A stretch of DNA of 64,000 nt from Pseudomonadota bacterium (GTDB lineage Bacteria; Desulfobacterota; Desulfobacteria; Desulfobacterales; RPRI01), in contig JBDRRF010000076.1 of assembly GCA_043825875.1 (NCBI GenBank), forward strand, positions 1 through 64,000, in the 5' to 3' direction. Both the position numbers and the translations under genes were made by a program. This document shows, one piece after another, positions 49,428 to 60,391 of this stretch. How positions within the stretch are numbered: position 1 is the first letter of the stretch; the number at the start of each line of letters is the position of its first letter. A model generated the notes under the pieces. That model was not told the DNA's origin, did no database searches, and saw only the letters and a list, made by a program, of their open reading frames with translations.

Positions 49428-50009
49428 ATGGAAATTGTCCAATCTTTTGTGTCAGCCCTTATTCCTATTATGGTTGCTATGGATGCTCCCGGCATTCTTC
49501 CGCTTTATATAGGTATGACAGAAGGAATTGATAAACAGCAACGGAAAAAGATAGTCCGCCAATCAATCATTACGGCTTTTATGGTTGCAGTCGGTTTCGT
49601 TTTTTTGGGACAAGTTATATTTAATGCTCTGGGGATATTAGTAGAGGACTTCATGATTGCAGGAGGCGGGGTCCTTTTGATCATAGCCGTTACCGACGTG
49701 GTACGTGCCGGTGAAAAACAAATTGAGCGAAGCCCTGAATTTGGCGTAGTACCTTTCGGGACCCCACTTATAGCGGGTCCGGGTACATTAACCACTGCGC
49801 TTGTTCTAGTTGGAACGAACGGTTATATCCCCGTCATATTTTCGCTAATAGTAAACCTCTTGTTTGCATGGTTAATTTTCAATCAATCGGAACGTATCAT
49901 AAACTTTTTTGGGATAAGCGGTTCCAGAGCTTTTGCTAAAGTTGCTTCACTTATTCTTGCTGCATTTGCAGTAAAGATGATAAGAAGCGGAATTATGAAA
50001 TTCATATAA
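49428..50009 (+). CDS. MarC family membrane protein
   Basis: FMIAGG, VVPFGTPLIAGPG. Confidence 0.9.
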   Translation: MEIVQSFVSALIPIMVAMDAPGILPLYIGMTEGIDKQQRKKIVRQSIITAFMVAVGFVFLGQVIFNALGILVEDFMIAGGGVLLIIAVTDVVRAGEKQIERSPEFGVVPFGTPLIAGPGTLTTALVLVGTNGYIPVIFSLIVNLLFAWLIFNQSERIINFFGISGSRAFAKVASLILAAFAVKMIRSGIMKFI

Positions 50010-50060
50010 AGTTGATTTTTGCGGGGAGATAACCTTTTAATAATTTTTGGATTATCTTTA

Positions 50061-51098
50061 TTACACCGGCCTTGCTTCAATTATATCAAGCGGACACTGA
50101 GTAGGGATGATATCTGAAAGCGCAAATCCGCCCCTGTCCAATATGGATTTGAATTCAGACCTGCTACGCTCCAATCCTCCGGCAAGCGTTAGCATGCTGA
50201 TATCTACAAGCTTGCCAAAGTCAGGTTCGTTACCCGGGATAATTACCCTCTCAATTATCAGAAGCCTGCCGGAACCTTCCATAGCCTTATGGCAAACTTT
50301 GAGAATAGCCACAGCCTGATCATCATCCCAATCGTGTAGTACCCGCTTTAAGATATATGCATCACCGCCGCCTGGCACTGATTGAAAGAAATCTCCGTTT
50401 ATAAGTTCACAACGCTTGGCAACGCCTTGTTTGTCCAGAATAGTTCTGGCAGCTTGATCAACAGCTCTAAGATCATAAACTTTACCGCTAAGCTTGGGAT
50501 AGGTTTTAAGAATTTCTACAAGAAGAGCTCCGTGTCCGCCCCCCACATCTATAATAGTCTTAAATTGTGAAAAGTCATAGGCATTAACAACAGGTGCCAA
50601 TTCATGTCCTGAAAAGCTTGTCATTGCTTCATTAAAGTGTTTTGCTGCTTGGGCATCCTTGGCAAGATATTCATGGACATTCATGCCATGGACATGGGCA
50701 AAAGCAGGTTTGCCAGTCTTCACACTGTATAAGAGCTCGCCCTCCGCCCCCCATGACCAGGGTTCACCAACCATAATGGCATATCCGGCAAGTGAACCGG
50801 GTATTTCTGTTTGCAGATTTTCTGCAAGCGGTGTCAACTGAAAACAACCGTCTCCATTTTCACAAAATATTTCCAGACTCGCCAGAGCCCGAAGCAAACG
50901 ATAAAGAGCGCGCGGATGAGCATCTACTGCCCGGGCCAGTTCCTCACAGCTCTTGGGCCCGTCTTTCAAAAGATCGGCAATTTTTAGTTTTGCGGCAACA
51001 TATATCAATTGAGTTATTCTACTTCCATGAATCATATGCATCAATTTCATCTCTTGCGAAATCTGCTTTATTTCTTCAGAGCAATTCTTTTCAGTCAT
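50061..51098 (-). CDS. SAM-dependent O-methyltransferase; start MTEKNC
   Basis: DVGGGHG, GDFF, LHDW, GGLERS. Confidence 0.85.
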   Translation of the reverse strand: MTEKNCSEEIKQISQEMKLMHMIHGSRITQLIYVAAKLKIADLLKDGPKSCEELARAVDAHPRALYRLLRALASLEIFCENGDGCFQLTPLAENLQTEIPGSLAGYAIMVGEPWSWGAEGELLYSVKTGKPAFAHVHGMNVHEYLAKDAQAAKHFNEAMTSFSGHELAPVVNAYDFSQFKTIIDVGGGHGALLVEILKTYPKLSGKVYDLRAVDQAARTILDKQGVAKRCELINGDFFQSVPGGGDAYILKRVLHDWDDDQAVAILKVCHKAMEGSGRLLIIERVIIPGNEPDFGKLVDISMLTLAGGLERSRSEFKSILDRGGFALSDIIPTQCPLDIIEARPV

Positions 51099-51491
51099 TG
51101 GTTTTCTCCATAAATGATTAAAAGATTGGAAGTTCCATACAAGCTGTATACGATCTATATATGAAGGCAAATCTTACGCCAATTATTGATCTGGCGGTTA
51201 ACCGCTCTTTTTTTAAAATTAATTTAGGTTGGTTAGCATTATGTGTCAAGATTTAACCAATATTTAACCAAAATGCCGTTCATGTGAAATAATTATTTAC
51301 CAAAGAAAATAGCCATAAAGGCTCTCGGAAAGAAAAGAAATTTTAATAGATAGTATTTCAACACTGCATGATTAAATAGCATTAACCTTTTTCGTTTCTT
51401 GACTTTTAACCCTTCAGGCTATAGATATTCTAGGAAATGATCGTCAAGTTTCCAACAAGTTTTTTAATATTGTATAATTTGCCGGAGGAAT

Positions 51492-52313
51492 ATGACCACA
51501 ACTGTTAATATCGCCAATATACCGATTGGAAACAACCATCCGCTTGTCATAATTGCCGGTCCGTGTGTTATTGAAAACAAAGATATTACTTTTCAGATAG
51601 CATATTATCTTAAAGAACTTTCCCAAAAACTTGATATACCTTTGATATTTAAAGCTTCTTACGATAAGGCAAACCGTACTTCATTAAGCTCTTTCAGGGG
51701 GCCAGGTCTTTTAAGCGGACTTGACATTCTGGCTCAAATAAAAAAAGAGCTGGGACTTTTAGTTATATCTGATGTCCATTCAATTAAGGAAATTGATAAA
51801 GCAGCCGATATATTAGATATAATTCAAATACCGGCTTTTCTTTGCAGACAGACCGATTTAATATTAGAAATTGCAAGAACGAAAAAACCGGTAAATATTA
51901 AAAAAGGGCAGTTTTTAGCCCCTTGGGATATTACAAATATAGTTGAAAAAATTGCTTCTGCCGGAAATACCAATATCCTCATAACGGAGCGTGGCAGTAT
52001 GTTTGGATATAACAACCTTGTAGTTGACTTCAGAGGCATTAATATAATGCAGGAAACGGGTTATCCTGTTATATTTGACGCAACACACAGTATACAGCTT
52101 CCGGGCGGCGCCGGCAAGAGTTCCGGAGGCGAACGAAAATTTGCGCCGATACTTGCAAAAGCAGCTGTTGCAGCAGGAGCTGACGGAATATTTTTGGAAG
52201 TTCATCCTGACCCGGACAAAGCACTTTGTGATGGGCCCAACTCACTGGTTCTTGACGACAGCCTTTATGCTTTGATTGCAAAGCTTAAGGCAATACGCGA
52301 AGTTGCTTTATAA
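51492..52313 (+). CDS. kdsA: KDO 8-phosphate synthase
   Basis: AGPC, KANRTS, IPAFLCRQT, DATH, CDG. Confidence 0.95.
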   Translation: MTTTVNIANIPIGNNHPLVIIAGPCVIENKDITFQIAYYLKELSQKLDIPLIFKASYDKANRTSLSSFRGPGLLSGLDILAQIKKELGLLVISDVHSIKEIDKAADILDIIQIPAFLCRQTDLILEIARTKKPVNIKKGQFLAPWDITNIVEKIASAGNTNILITERGSMFGYNNLVVDFRGINIMQETGYPVIFDATHSIQLPGGAGKSSGGERKFAPILAKAAVAAGADGIFLEVHPDPDKALCDGPNSLVLDDSLYALIAKLKAIREVAL

Positions 52314-52331
52314 ATATAATCGAGGGTAATT

Positions 52332-52862
52332 ATGATATTTAAAGTATCAGATGCAAAAAGCAGGCTTAAGCATATAAAATTATTGCTTCTTGATGTAGAC
52401 GGTGTAATGACTGATGGTACTATAATATATGATGACAATAATATACAAACTCAGACTTTTTATGTTAGAGACGGGCTCGGAATCAGGCTTCTTATGTTGG
52501 CAGGAATAGAAGTCGGAGTGATTACCGGGAGAAAATCGGATGCTCTGCATCACAGATGTAAAAACCTTAATATCCGGCACATATATGACGGCGTAAAAAA
52601 CAAGGTTGAAATACTAAATGAAATAATTACAAAAACAAAAATTAAACCAGAAGATATAGCATATATAGGAGATGATCTTCCGGACCTTTCAATCATGAAG
52701 TCAGTTGGACTCCCGATAGCAGTTGCTGATGCTCATGAGGCAATAATCGAAATATCTTACATTGTAACATCAGCAAAAGGCGGAGCCGGTGCCATCAGGG
52801 AAATATGCGAAGCCATACTTAAAGCTCAGAAAAACTGGGATTCTATGATAGAAAGATTTTAA
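52332..52862 (+). CDS. kdsC: KDO 8-phosphate phosphatase
   Basis: DVDGVMTDG, GDDLPD, GGAGAIRE. Confidence 0.9.
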   Translation: MIFKVSDAKSRLKHIKLLLLDVDGVMTDGTIIYDDNNIQTQTFYVRDGLGIRLLMLAGIEVGVITGRKSDALHHRCKNLNIRHIYDGVKNKVEILNEIITKTKIKPEDIAYIGDDLPDLSIMKSVGLPIAVADAHEAIIEISYIVTSAKGGAGAIREICEAILKAQKNWDSMIERF

Positions 52863-52864
52863 GA

Positions 52865-53449
52865 ATGCATATGCGAAATCTATTCAGTAATAAAAAAATT
52901 AAAATAGCATTAATTTCAGCGATTTCAATTACTATTATTGCCATTTTTGCTGTTATTATAGGATATCGCTATTTTTCAAAGAAGCCTTTGCAAATTTTGC
53001 CTCTAGTCCTTGATGGTACAAGTGTATCAATGGAAAAAATCAATCAAATCTCTACAAAAAACGGCATTGTCGAATGGAGCCTTGAAGCTCGTTCTGCAAT
53101 TTATAGTGCAGACAAAAAAGAGGCTTTTGTTAAAGATCTTATGGTTACTTTTTTCACAAAAGATAATCAAAAAATATATCTTAGCGCAGACCAAGGAACC
53201 TTAAAAACCGAATTAGGCAACATAGAAATCAATGGCAATATAACAATTAAAAGCAATGATTATATTTTAAAAACAGGAATAATAAATTACGATAATAAAA
53301 AACGCGTTATTCAATCAAATGCTCCTGTTGAATTAACCGGCAAGTCTTCAACCCTTATTGCAGATTCTATGTCTATAGATTTAAACATAAATAAAGCCGA
53401 ATTGATCGGTAAAGTAGAAGGAATATTTGGTGACAACATTTCATTATAA
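52865..53449 (+). CDS. lptC: LPS export protein LptC
   Basis: N-terminal TM, beta-jellyroll pattern, synteny. Confidence 0.8.
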   Translation: MHMRNLFSNKKIKIALISAISITIIAIFAVIIGYRYFSKKPLQILPLVLDGTSVSMEKINQISTKNGIVEWSLEARSAIYSADKKEAFVKDLMVTFFTKDNQKIYLSADQGTLKTELGNIEINGNITIKSNDYILKTGIINYDNKKRVIQSNAPVELTGKSSTLIADSMSIDLNINKAELIGKVEGIFGDNISL

Positions 53450-53996
53450 AAAAAGGCAATACATTCAACTGCTGTTTGTTGTATTTTTTTTATTCTTTTT
53501 GTTCCTTCCTGATGCCATATTTGCTATAGATAAAATACTCAATACTCAGACAGAGGGAAAAGTAGAAAAAACTCATATAACGGCAGATAAGCTGGTTATT
53601 GAAATAGATTCCAAAAGTGCCGAGTTCATCGGAAACGTCAAAGCTGTTCAGGGCACAACTGTTATTACATCAGACAGATTGAATATTTTATATCAAAAAG
53701 ATACTGCTGACACAAAAGATAATACAAAAGGAAAAGAATCTATAAAAGAAATAATAGCAACCGGAAATGTAAAAATATTGTTCGATGATAAAATTGCATA
53801 TACTCAACATGCTGTTTACACAGCTAATACCGGAATTTTTACGTTAACCGGACCCGGATCAAAAATTGAAAGCGGGAATAATTCCGTTTCCGGATCAAAA
53901 ATTATCTTTTTCAGAGATGACGGACATGTTAAGATAGAAAGTAATAGAAGCAATCGTGTTGAAGCTATCTTTGAATCTGTTGATAAAGGAATATAA
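53427..53996 (+). CDS. lptA: LPS transport periplasmic protein LptA
   Basis: ITADKL, F.GNV...QG, ATGNV; synteny. Confidence 0.85.
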   Translation: MVTTFHYKKRQYIQLLFVVFFLFFLFLPDAIFAIDKILNTQTEGKVEKTHITADKLVIEIDSKSAEFIGNVKAVQGTTVITSDRLNILYQKDTADTKDNTKGKESIKEIIATGNVKILFDDKIAYTQHAVYTANTGIFTLTGPGSKIESGNNSVSGSKIIFFRDDGHVKIESNRSNRVEAIFESVDKGI

Positions 53997-54719
53997 ATGT
54001 CAAAATTGCTTCTTGATAAACTTGTTAAAATTTACCGGGGAAGAAGAGTTGTCAATTCCGTTGATCTAAATGTGGAAAGCGGGAAAGTATTCGGACTTCT
54101 TGGTCCAAACGGGGCTGGTAAAACCACGATATTTTATATGGCTGTGGGAATGGTAAAACCTGACGAGGGCAAAATTTTTATTGATGATGAAGATATTACT
54201 TCATGTCCGATGTACATAAGAGCACGCAAAGGAATAGGCTATCTTCCCCAGGAACCCTCAATTTTCAGAAAGCTTACAGTTAGAGAAAATGTAATGGCAA
54301 TTTTAGAAATGCAGCCTATATCATCAAAAAAACAGAATGAACGGGCAGACAGGCTTCTTGAAGAGCTTGGCATCAAACATCTATCGAACCAGAAGGCATT
54401 ACTTCTTTCAGGGGGAGAAAAAAGACGTCTTGAAATTTCACGCACTCTTGCAACAGAACCGACTTTTATCCTTCTTGATGAACCCTTTGCAGGAATAGAT
54501 CCACTGGCTGTACTCGATATAAAAAATATTATTGTACACCTTAAAAACCGCGGTATTGGGGTGCTGATTTCCGATCATAATGTAAGAGAAACTCTTAATG
54601 TATGCGATATGGCATATATAATAAGCGAAGGCAAAATCATTGAAGCCGGTAGCTCCGAAAAAATAGCTTCCAGCGAAATTGCACGCCGTATCTATTTGGG
54701 AGATGAGTTTAAACTATAA
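53997..54719 (+). CDS. lptB: LPS export ABC ATPase
   Basis: GPNGAGKTT, LSGGE, DEPFAGIDP, DHNVRE, YLG. Confidence 0.95.
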   Translation: MSKLLLDKLVKIYRGRRVVNSVDLNVESGKVFGLLGPNGAGKTTIFYMAVGMVKPDEGKIFIDDEDITSCPMYIRARKGIGYLPQEPSIFRKLTVRENVMAILEMQPISSKKQNERADRLLEELGIKHLSNQKALLLSGGEKRRLEISRTLATEPTFILLDEPFAGIDPLAVLDIKNIIVHLKNRGIGVLISDHNVRETLNVCDMAYIISEGKIIEAGSSEKIASSEIARRIYLGDEFKL

Positions 54720-54721
54720 AT

Positions 54722-56158
54722 ATGGCTCTTGAATTCAGACAACAACTTAAATTATCCCAGCAACTGGTAATGACTCCACAGCTCCAGATGGCTATAAAGC
54801 TTTTGCAGCTTTCCCGTCTTGAACTTGTGGAAACAATTCGTCAAGAGCTTGAAACAAACCCTGTACTCGAAGAATCTCTTGATTCACATCCGGAAGACGC
54901 ACCGGTTGAACGGACGGATAATCCGATTCAGCCTGAACTGCCGGCAGATAAAGAAATAAAAATAGAAGAAAAGATCAGTTACGACGTAGACTGGAGTAAT
55001 TATATTGATGAATATAATACTCCTGGCAAAGTTCATTTCGAAACCGAAAAAAAAGAATCCTTCAGCTATGAAACCTTTATCTCCGGTAAGGACTCATTAA
55101 ATGATCATCTGCTATGGCAGCTTCTTATGGCTTGTACTACAAAAGAAGAAGAAGAAATAGGAAGTTTGATTATAGGCAACTTAAACACTGATGGATATCT
55201 GGAAACTTCTATTGAAGACATATTTAATAACAGTAATTATTCTACCGATAAAATTGAAAAAGTTTTGGCACTGCTGCAAACTTTTGATCCTTCGGGTGTT
55301 TGTGCAAGAGATCTTAAAGAGTCACTTTTGATCCAGGCAAAGCAGCTTAATCTTGATAACTCTTTAATAACCAATATCATAAAACATCATCTCAATCATC
55401 TTCAAAACAGAAATTACAAAGCTATATCAAAGGAGCTTAAAGCTGATCTCAAGGATATCATATCGGCCATAGAAATCATAAAAAGTTTTGAGCCAAAACC
55501 CGGAAGAAAGTTTTCGGATGAAACACCTCAGTATATAACCCCTGACATATATGTTTACAAAACAGAAAATGATTTTGTAGTAATTTTAAATGACGATGGA
55601 ATGCCGAAACTGAAAATTAATTCCTATTACAAAAATACAATTAGTAATGGTGGAAAAATAAATAAAGATGCCAAGGAATACATAAATGATAAAATTCGTT
55701 CCGCCGCATGGCTTATAAAAAGCATCCAACAGCGTCAGAAAACGATATTTAAGGTCATGGAAAGTATTCTCAAATTTCAGCGGGAATTCTTTGAAAAAGG
55801 CATTACTTTCATGAAGCCTATGGTGTTAAGAGACATAGCACAAGATATCGAAATGCACGAATCAACAATAAGTAGAGTTACAACAAATAAATATGCATTC
55901 ACGCCCCAGGGGATTTTTGAATTGAAATATTTCTTCAATAGTTCTATAAATCGAAGTAATGGAGAAACTATTGCATCTACCGGTGTTCAGGAAATGATAA
56001 AAAAGATCATAGAATCCGAAAACCCCAAAAAACCCTACAGCGATGATAAAATAACTGAAATTATAGCAAAACATAACATAAATATTGCAAGAAGAACTGT
56101 TGCAAAATACAGAGAAATATTAAAGATACTATCTTCTAATAAACGCAAACAACCATGA
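54722..56158 (+). CDS. rpoN: RNA polymerase sigma-54
   Basis: TPQLQMAIKLLQL, HESTISR, ARRTVAKYR. Confidence 0.95.
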   Translation: MALEFRQQLKLSQQLVMTPQLQMAIKLLQLSRLELVETIRQELETNPVLEESLDSHPEDAPVERTDNPIQPELPADKEIKIEEKISYDVDWSNYIDEYNTPGKVHFETEKKESFSYETFISGKDSLNDHLLWQLLMACTTKEEEEIGSLIIGNLNTDGYLETSIEDIFNNSNYSTDKIEKVLALLQTFDPSGVCARDLKESLLIQAKQLNLDNSLITNIIKHHLNHLQNRNYKAISKELKADLKDIISAIEIIKSFEPKPGRKFSDETPQYITPDIYVYKTENDFVVILNDDGMPKLKINSYYKNTISNGGKINKDAKEYINDKIRSAAWLIKSIQQRQKTIFKVMESILKFQREFFEKGITFMKPMVLRDIAQDIEMHESTISRVTTNKYAFTPQGIFELKYFFNSSINRSNGETIASTGVQEMIKKIIESENPKKPYSDDKITEIIAKHNINIARRTVAKYREILKILSSNKRKQP

Positions 56159-56170
56159 GGAGGATTTATT

Positions 56171-56701
56171 ATGCAAACTTCCGTTACTTTTAAAAACCTT
56201 GATCCTTCCGACAATCTTAAAGCCTATATTTGCGAAAAACTGGACAAGCTTGATAAATTCTTGGACAATCCGGCAGAGGCGACAGTCGTATTTTTAATAG
56301 AAAAATTTCGCCATATTGCTGAAGTAAATATTACAGGTGACAGACTGAACATATATGGAAAAGAAGAAACAAACGATATGTATTCAGCGATAGATATGGT
56401 CATTGATAAACTTGAAAAACAGATAAAGAAGAACAAACAAAAAATTCGAAAACGCCGGGTAAACCATAAAGAAAAATCAATAGCCAAAGACCAGGAAGTT
56501 ATTGTATCCGAAGATCAAAATCCTGGCCAGATAAAGATACGTAATATTGAATACAAACCCATGGATATAGACGAAGCAGTTATGCAAATGGATCTGGTTA
56601 CTGATAATTTTCTTGTATTTACCAATGCACACTCAGATAAGATTAACGTGCTTTATCGAAGAAAAGATGGAAATTACGGCCTTATCCAACCTATAAGTTA
56701 A
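56171..56701 (+). CDS. hpf: Ribosome hibernation factor (long HPF/RaiA)
   Basis: DMYSAID, KPMDIDEAVMQM, YRRKDGNYGLI. Confidence 0.9.
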   Translation: MQTSVTFKNLDPSDNLKAYICEKLDKLDKFLDNPAEATVVFLIEKFRHIAEVNITGDRLNIYGKEETNDMYSAIDMVIDKLEKQIKKNKQKIRKRRVNHKEKSIAKDQEVIVSEDQNPGQIKIRNIEYKPMDIDEAVMQMDLVTDNFLVFTNAHSDKINVLYRRKDGNYGLIQPIS

Positions 56702-56753
56702 TAAATTGCCAAGAAATCGAATTTATGCTTACTTTTCAGCATGATGAAATAAA

Positions 56754-57212
56754 ATGAAAATTCTTGAAGTATTACAAAAAGATACAATAAATACCGATCT
56801 TAGATCAACAGATAAGGCCGGAGTTATTGAAGAGCTGGTTGCTTCTGTTTCCGGACTCACAGGCAAGGATAGTAAAGAGCTTATAGATGTTATTAAGGAA
56901 AGGGAATATTTGGGAAGCACCGGAATAGGCGGAGGCATTGGAATTCCACATGGAAAATTAAAAAATCTTGAATCGCTTATACTGGGTTTAGGTTTAAGCC
57001 GAAAAGGGGTGGATTTTGAATCTATTGATGGGCGACCGACTCATCTTTTCTTCTTGATTTTAACACCTGAAAATTCAACAGGGCTGCATTTAAAACTGCT
57101 TGCACGGATTTCAAGGATTCTAAAAAACGACTCTTTTAAAAACAAACTATTGAAAGCGGCCGATAGTAATGAGGTTTATTCCATAATCAAGGAAGTTGAT
57201 GAAGATTTTTAA
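56754..57212 (+). CDS. ptsN: PTS IIA (Ntr-type)
   Basis: RE..GSTGIG.GIGIPH, HLKLLARI. Confidence 0.85.
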   Translation: MKILEVLQKDTINTDLRSTDKAGVIEELVASVSGLTGKDSKELIDVIKEREYLGSTGIGGGIGIPHGKLKNLESLILGLGLSRKGVDFESIDGRPTHLFFLILTPENSTGLHLKLLARISRILKNDSFKNKLLKAADSNEVYSIIKEVDEDF

Positions 57213-57229
57213 ACACAATACCATTTGAA

Positions 57230-58093
57230 GTGAAAAATTTAAAAATATTTATTATTACAGGACTTTCAGGATCGGGTAAAAGCACGGTAATTGCGGCATT
57301 CGAAGATGCCGGATTTTATTGTGTTGACAATATGCCCGTTGCTCTGCTCGCCAGTTTCCTCAAACTTCCCTTAAAAAGCTCGGATGAAATTGCAGGCCTT
57401 GCTTTTGTAATGGACCTGCGTGAAAAAAATTTTTTATCTGTATATAAGTCGATTTTTGATTCTATAAGGCAAAATGGTTACTATTTTGAAATTATATTTC
57501 TTGAGGCTGATGAGGAAATTTTATTACAGCGCTTCAGTCAGACAAGAAGACACCACCCTCTTTCCCATGGGAAAACACTTATAGAAAATATCCGAATAGA
57601 AAAAGAGCAGTTAAAGGAATTGAAAACTGCGTCAGACAGAATAATAGATACATCCAGGCACAGCGTTCATGAGCTCAAAGCTATAGTTTCAGATATTGCA
57701 AATAAAAGCAAAAATATATCTCCTATGACGGTTCACATACTTTCTTTTGGCTACAAGTATGGAATACCTATAGATTCAGACCTGATTATTGATGTTCGTT
57801 TTCTTGCAAATCCGTATTTTATTCCGGAATTGAGAGATCTTAATGGTGAGGATAAAAAAGTAAAAGATTTTGTTCTTAAAAGCAGACAAACAAAGACTTT
57901 TTTAAAAAAATATCTTGAGTTACTTGACTATTTAATCCCTTTATATGAAAAGGAAGGAAAATCATATTTAACTATCTCTATCGGATGTACAGGAGGCAGG
58001 CATCGTTCCGTGGCTATTACCGGACATGTTTTTAAACATTTAGAAAAATCAGGGATACGAATCAGTATCTCACACCGCGATATCGGCCGTTAA
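57230..58093 (+). CDS. rapZ: RNase adapter RapZ
   Basis: GLSGSGKS, SFGYKYG, GCTGGRHRS. Confidence 0.9.
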   Translation: MKNLKIFIITGLSGSGKSTVIAAFEDAGFYCVDNMPVALLASFLKLPLKSSDEIAGLAFVMDLREKNFLSVYKSIFDSIRQNGYYFEIIFLEADEEILLQRFSQTRRHHPLSHGKTLIENIRIEKEQLKELKTASDRIIDTSRHSVHELKAIVSDIANKSKNISPMTVHILSFGYKYGIPIDSDLIIDVRFLANPYFIPELRDLNGEDKKVKDFVLKSRQTKTFLKKYLELLDYLIPLYEKEGKSYLTISIGCTGGRHRSVAITGHVFKHLEKSGIRISISHRDIGR

Positions 58094-58147
58094 TCATATA
58101 TTTTTGGAGTCTATTCACAATTTGCCCGAATTACATATAGGAGCTTT

Positions 58148-58561
58148 ATGATTGGAATCCTTATCGTTACTCATCAAAAACTTGGAGACGCGTTGATAGA
58201 TGCTGCTGAATTCATCTTGGGAAACCGCCCTGACAAAGTAGTCTCTGTTTCCATAAATATTACCGAACCTGCAGATAAGCTTAGAGAAAAAATATCTGAT
58301 GGCATCAAAAAGGTAAATGATAATGAAGGAATTATTATTTTAACCGACATGTTCGGCGGAAGCCCTTCCAATTTAAGTTATTCTTTTCTTGAAGAAGGCC
58401 GCACCGAAGTAATATCAGGAGTTAATCTTCCTATACTGATAAAAGCCATAAATTCACGTAAAGATATGGATGTAACAAAGCTTGCTCAATGTATCGAAGC
58501 TTATGGTAAAAAAAGTATTTCACTTGCAAGCGGTATTTTAAAAGGTAATAAAAGGACTTAG
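58148..58561 (+). CDS. PTS IIA (mannose/fructose type)
   Basis: VTH, TDMFGGSPSN, GVNLP. Confidence 0.9.
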   Translation: MIGILIVTHQKLGDALIDAAEFILGNRPDKVVSVSINITEPADKLREKISDGIKKVNDNEGIIILTDMFGGSPSNLSYSFLEEGRTEVISGVNLPILIKAINSRKDMDVTKLAQCIEAYGKKSISLASGILKGNKRT

Positions 58562-58565
58562 TTTT

Positions 58566-59027
58566 TTGCAGTGGCACCTTTCCAAGCTTACCCGACCCGA
58601 TATAGAACAGATTCTTGAAATTGAGCAAACCTCTTTCAAAGAGCCGTGGTCACTTGCATTGTTTCTTGAAGAACTGATATGTAAAGATGCTTTTGATTAT
58701 GTAGTTAAAAGCTATGGAACCAAAGAGCCCAAAACTGTTATAGCGTATGTTTGCTCACGCATTATAGGCTCTGAGATGAGTATTTTAAGAATCGCTGTAT
58801 CAAATAAATTGCTGGGTATTGGAATTGCTTTCTGGCTGTTAAACAAACTTCTTGAAATTGCGATTAGTAAGAAAGTAACATCAGTCATTCTTGAAGTAAG
58901 AAGCTCTAACAAACCCGCTTTAGCACTGTATAGTAAAGCAGGGTTTGCAACTATAGGAATAAGGCCAAATTATTACACTGAAACCAGAGAAGACGCTATT
59001 GTTTTATTAAAAGAATTAACCATCTGA
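58566..59027 (+). CDS. rimI: Ribosomal protein alanine N-acetyltransferase
   Basis: IE..SF..PW, LEVRSSN..A..LY...GF, R.NYY...EDA. Confidence 0.85.
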   Translation: MQWHLSKLTRPDIEQILEIEQTSFKEPWSLALFLEELICKDAFDYVVKSYGTKEPKTVIAYVCSRIIGSEMSILRIAVSNKLLGIGIAFWLLNKLLEIAISKKVTSVILEVRSSNKPALALYSKAGFATIGIRPNYYTETREDAIVLLKELTI

Positions 59028-59057
59028 TCATATATATATATCAACAAGGAGAATATC

Positions 59058-59825
59058 ATGAATAGCCGAAAGCCATTTATTGCCGGCAACTGGAAAATGT
59101 ACAAAACCGGCATAGAGGCTGTGAAAACTGCCGAAAAATTAGTAAAACTGCTATCACAATACAGTGATGTCGATGTTATGATTGCGCCTGCTTACATAGC
59201 GCTTGAACAAGTCAATGAAGCTGTAAAAGACAGCTTAGTAATGCTTGGAGCGCAAAATCTTTTCTGGGAAAAGGAAGGAGCCTACACGGGAGAAATATCT
59301 CCGGAAATGATTATTTCGGCCGGATGTAAATATGTTATTATCGGGCATTCCGAACGAAGGCAGTTTTTCGGCGAAACAAATGAAACTGTAAACAAAAAAA
59401 TTAAAGCTGCAATTAGTTATAATCTTAAACCTGTTTTTTGTATAGGTGAGTCTGAAAAAGAACGGGATGCAAATGAAACGTTTAATGTTCTTGACAAACA
59501 GATAAAAATGGGTTTAGAAGGCTGTTTGGCTGATAATATGCAAAATGTGACCTTGGCATACGAACCGGTCTGGGCAATAGGAACCGGTAAAACAGCCTCA
59601 AGCGAACAGGCACAGGAAGTTCATTTGTTTTTGCGTAATCTTATTGAAAAGCTTTTTGGGAAAACTATTGCCGAATCAATAAGAATACTATATGGTGGAA
59701 GCGTAAAACCGGAAAATGCAGCAGAACTTATGTCTATGCCCGATGTTGACGGTGCTCTTGTCGGTGGGGCTAGTCTTGATGCTGACAAATTTATGCAAAT
59801 TGTAAAATTTAAAACGGTTGGGTAA
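59058..59825 (+). CDS. tpiA: Triosephosphate isomerase
   Basis: GNWKM, GHSERR, AYEPVWAIGTG, YGGSV, VGGASL. Confidence 0.95.
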   Translation: MNSRKPFIAGNWKMYKTGIEAVKTAEKLVKLLSQYSDVDVMIAPAYIALEQVNEAVKDSLVMLGAQNLFWEKEGAYTGEISPEMIISAGCKYVIIGHSERRQFFGETNETVNKKIKAAISYNLKPVFCIGESEKERDANETFNVLDKQIKMGLEGCLADNMQNVTLAYEPVWAIGTGKTASSEQAQEVHLFLRNLIEKLFGKTIAESIRILYGGSVKPENAAELMSMPDVDGALVGGASLDADKFMQIVKFKTVG

Positions 59826-59833
59826 ACTACTAT

Positions 59834-60208
59834 ATGTCAATTTATTTAATAATATTACATGTTGTTGCCTGCATAGCGATAATAATGGTAGTACTGCTTC
59901 AAACGGGAAAGGGGTCCGATATCGGTGCGGCTTTCGGAGGAGGTTCCAGCCAGACTCTTTTCGGAAGCACAGGGGCTTCCACGTTTTTGAGTAAGGCAAC
60001 TACCGTTATTGCCATTGTATTCATGATCACATCTCTTTCTCTTGCTTATATGTCAGGCAACAGAAGCAAAAGTTCGATCATGAAAGATGTTAAAATTCCT
60101 GTAGAACAAAAAGCCGCTCAAGAAACTACTTCTGCCTCTCCCTCAGAGCAGGCAGCTCCGGCAGCAATACCGGATACAGGTAAACCGGATACAGGTAAAA
60201 AAGAGTAG
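59834..60208 (+). CDS. secG: Preprotein translocase SecG
   Basis: VLLQ.GKG, FGGG..Q..FG, follows tpiA. Confidence 0.9.
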   Translation: MSIYLIILHVVACIAIIMVVLLQTGKGSDIGAAFGGGSSQTLFGSTGASTFLSKATTVIAIVFMITSLSLAYMSGNRSKSSIMKDVKIPVEQKAAQETTSASPSEQAAPAAIPDTGKPDTGKKE

Positions 60209-60220
60209 AAAGATGATAAT

Positions 60221-60307
60221 GCCGAAGTGGTGGAACTTGGTAGACACGCTATCTTGAGGGGGTAGTGTCCCACGGGCGTGCGGGTTCAAATCCCGCCTTC
60301 GGCACCA
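60221..60307 (+). tRNA. tRNA-Leu(GAG)
   Basis: GCCGAAG/CTTCGGC acceptor, CTATC-TTGAGGG-GGTAG anticodon arm, long variable arm, GGTTCAAATCC, encoded CCA. Confidence 0.95.
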
Positions 60308-60317
60308 TATAATAAAA

Positions 60318-60358
60318 TAAGGGAGTTAGGTTATATAACCTGCTCCCTTTTTTGTTTT
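60318..60358. terminator. Probable bidirectional terminator between tRNA and integrase
   Basis: AAGGGAG.TAGGTTATATAACCTG.CTCCCTT followed by T-tract. Confidence 0.65.
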
Positions 60359-60391
60359 TTAAAATTCTCCGGCTAAAGAATGGCTAAAGAT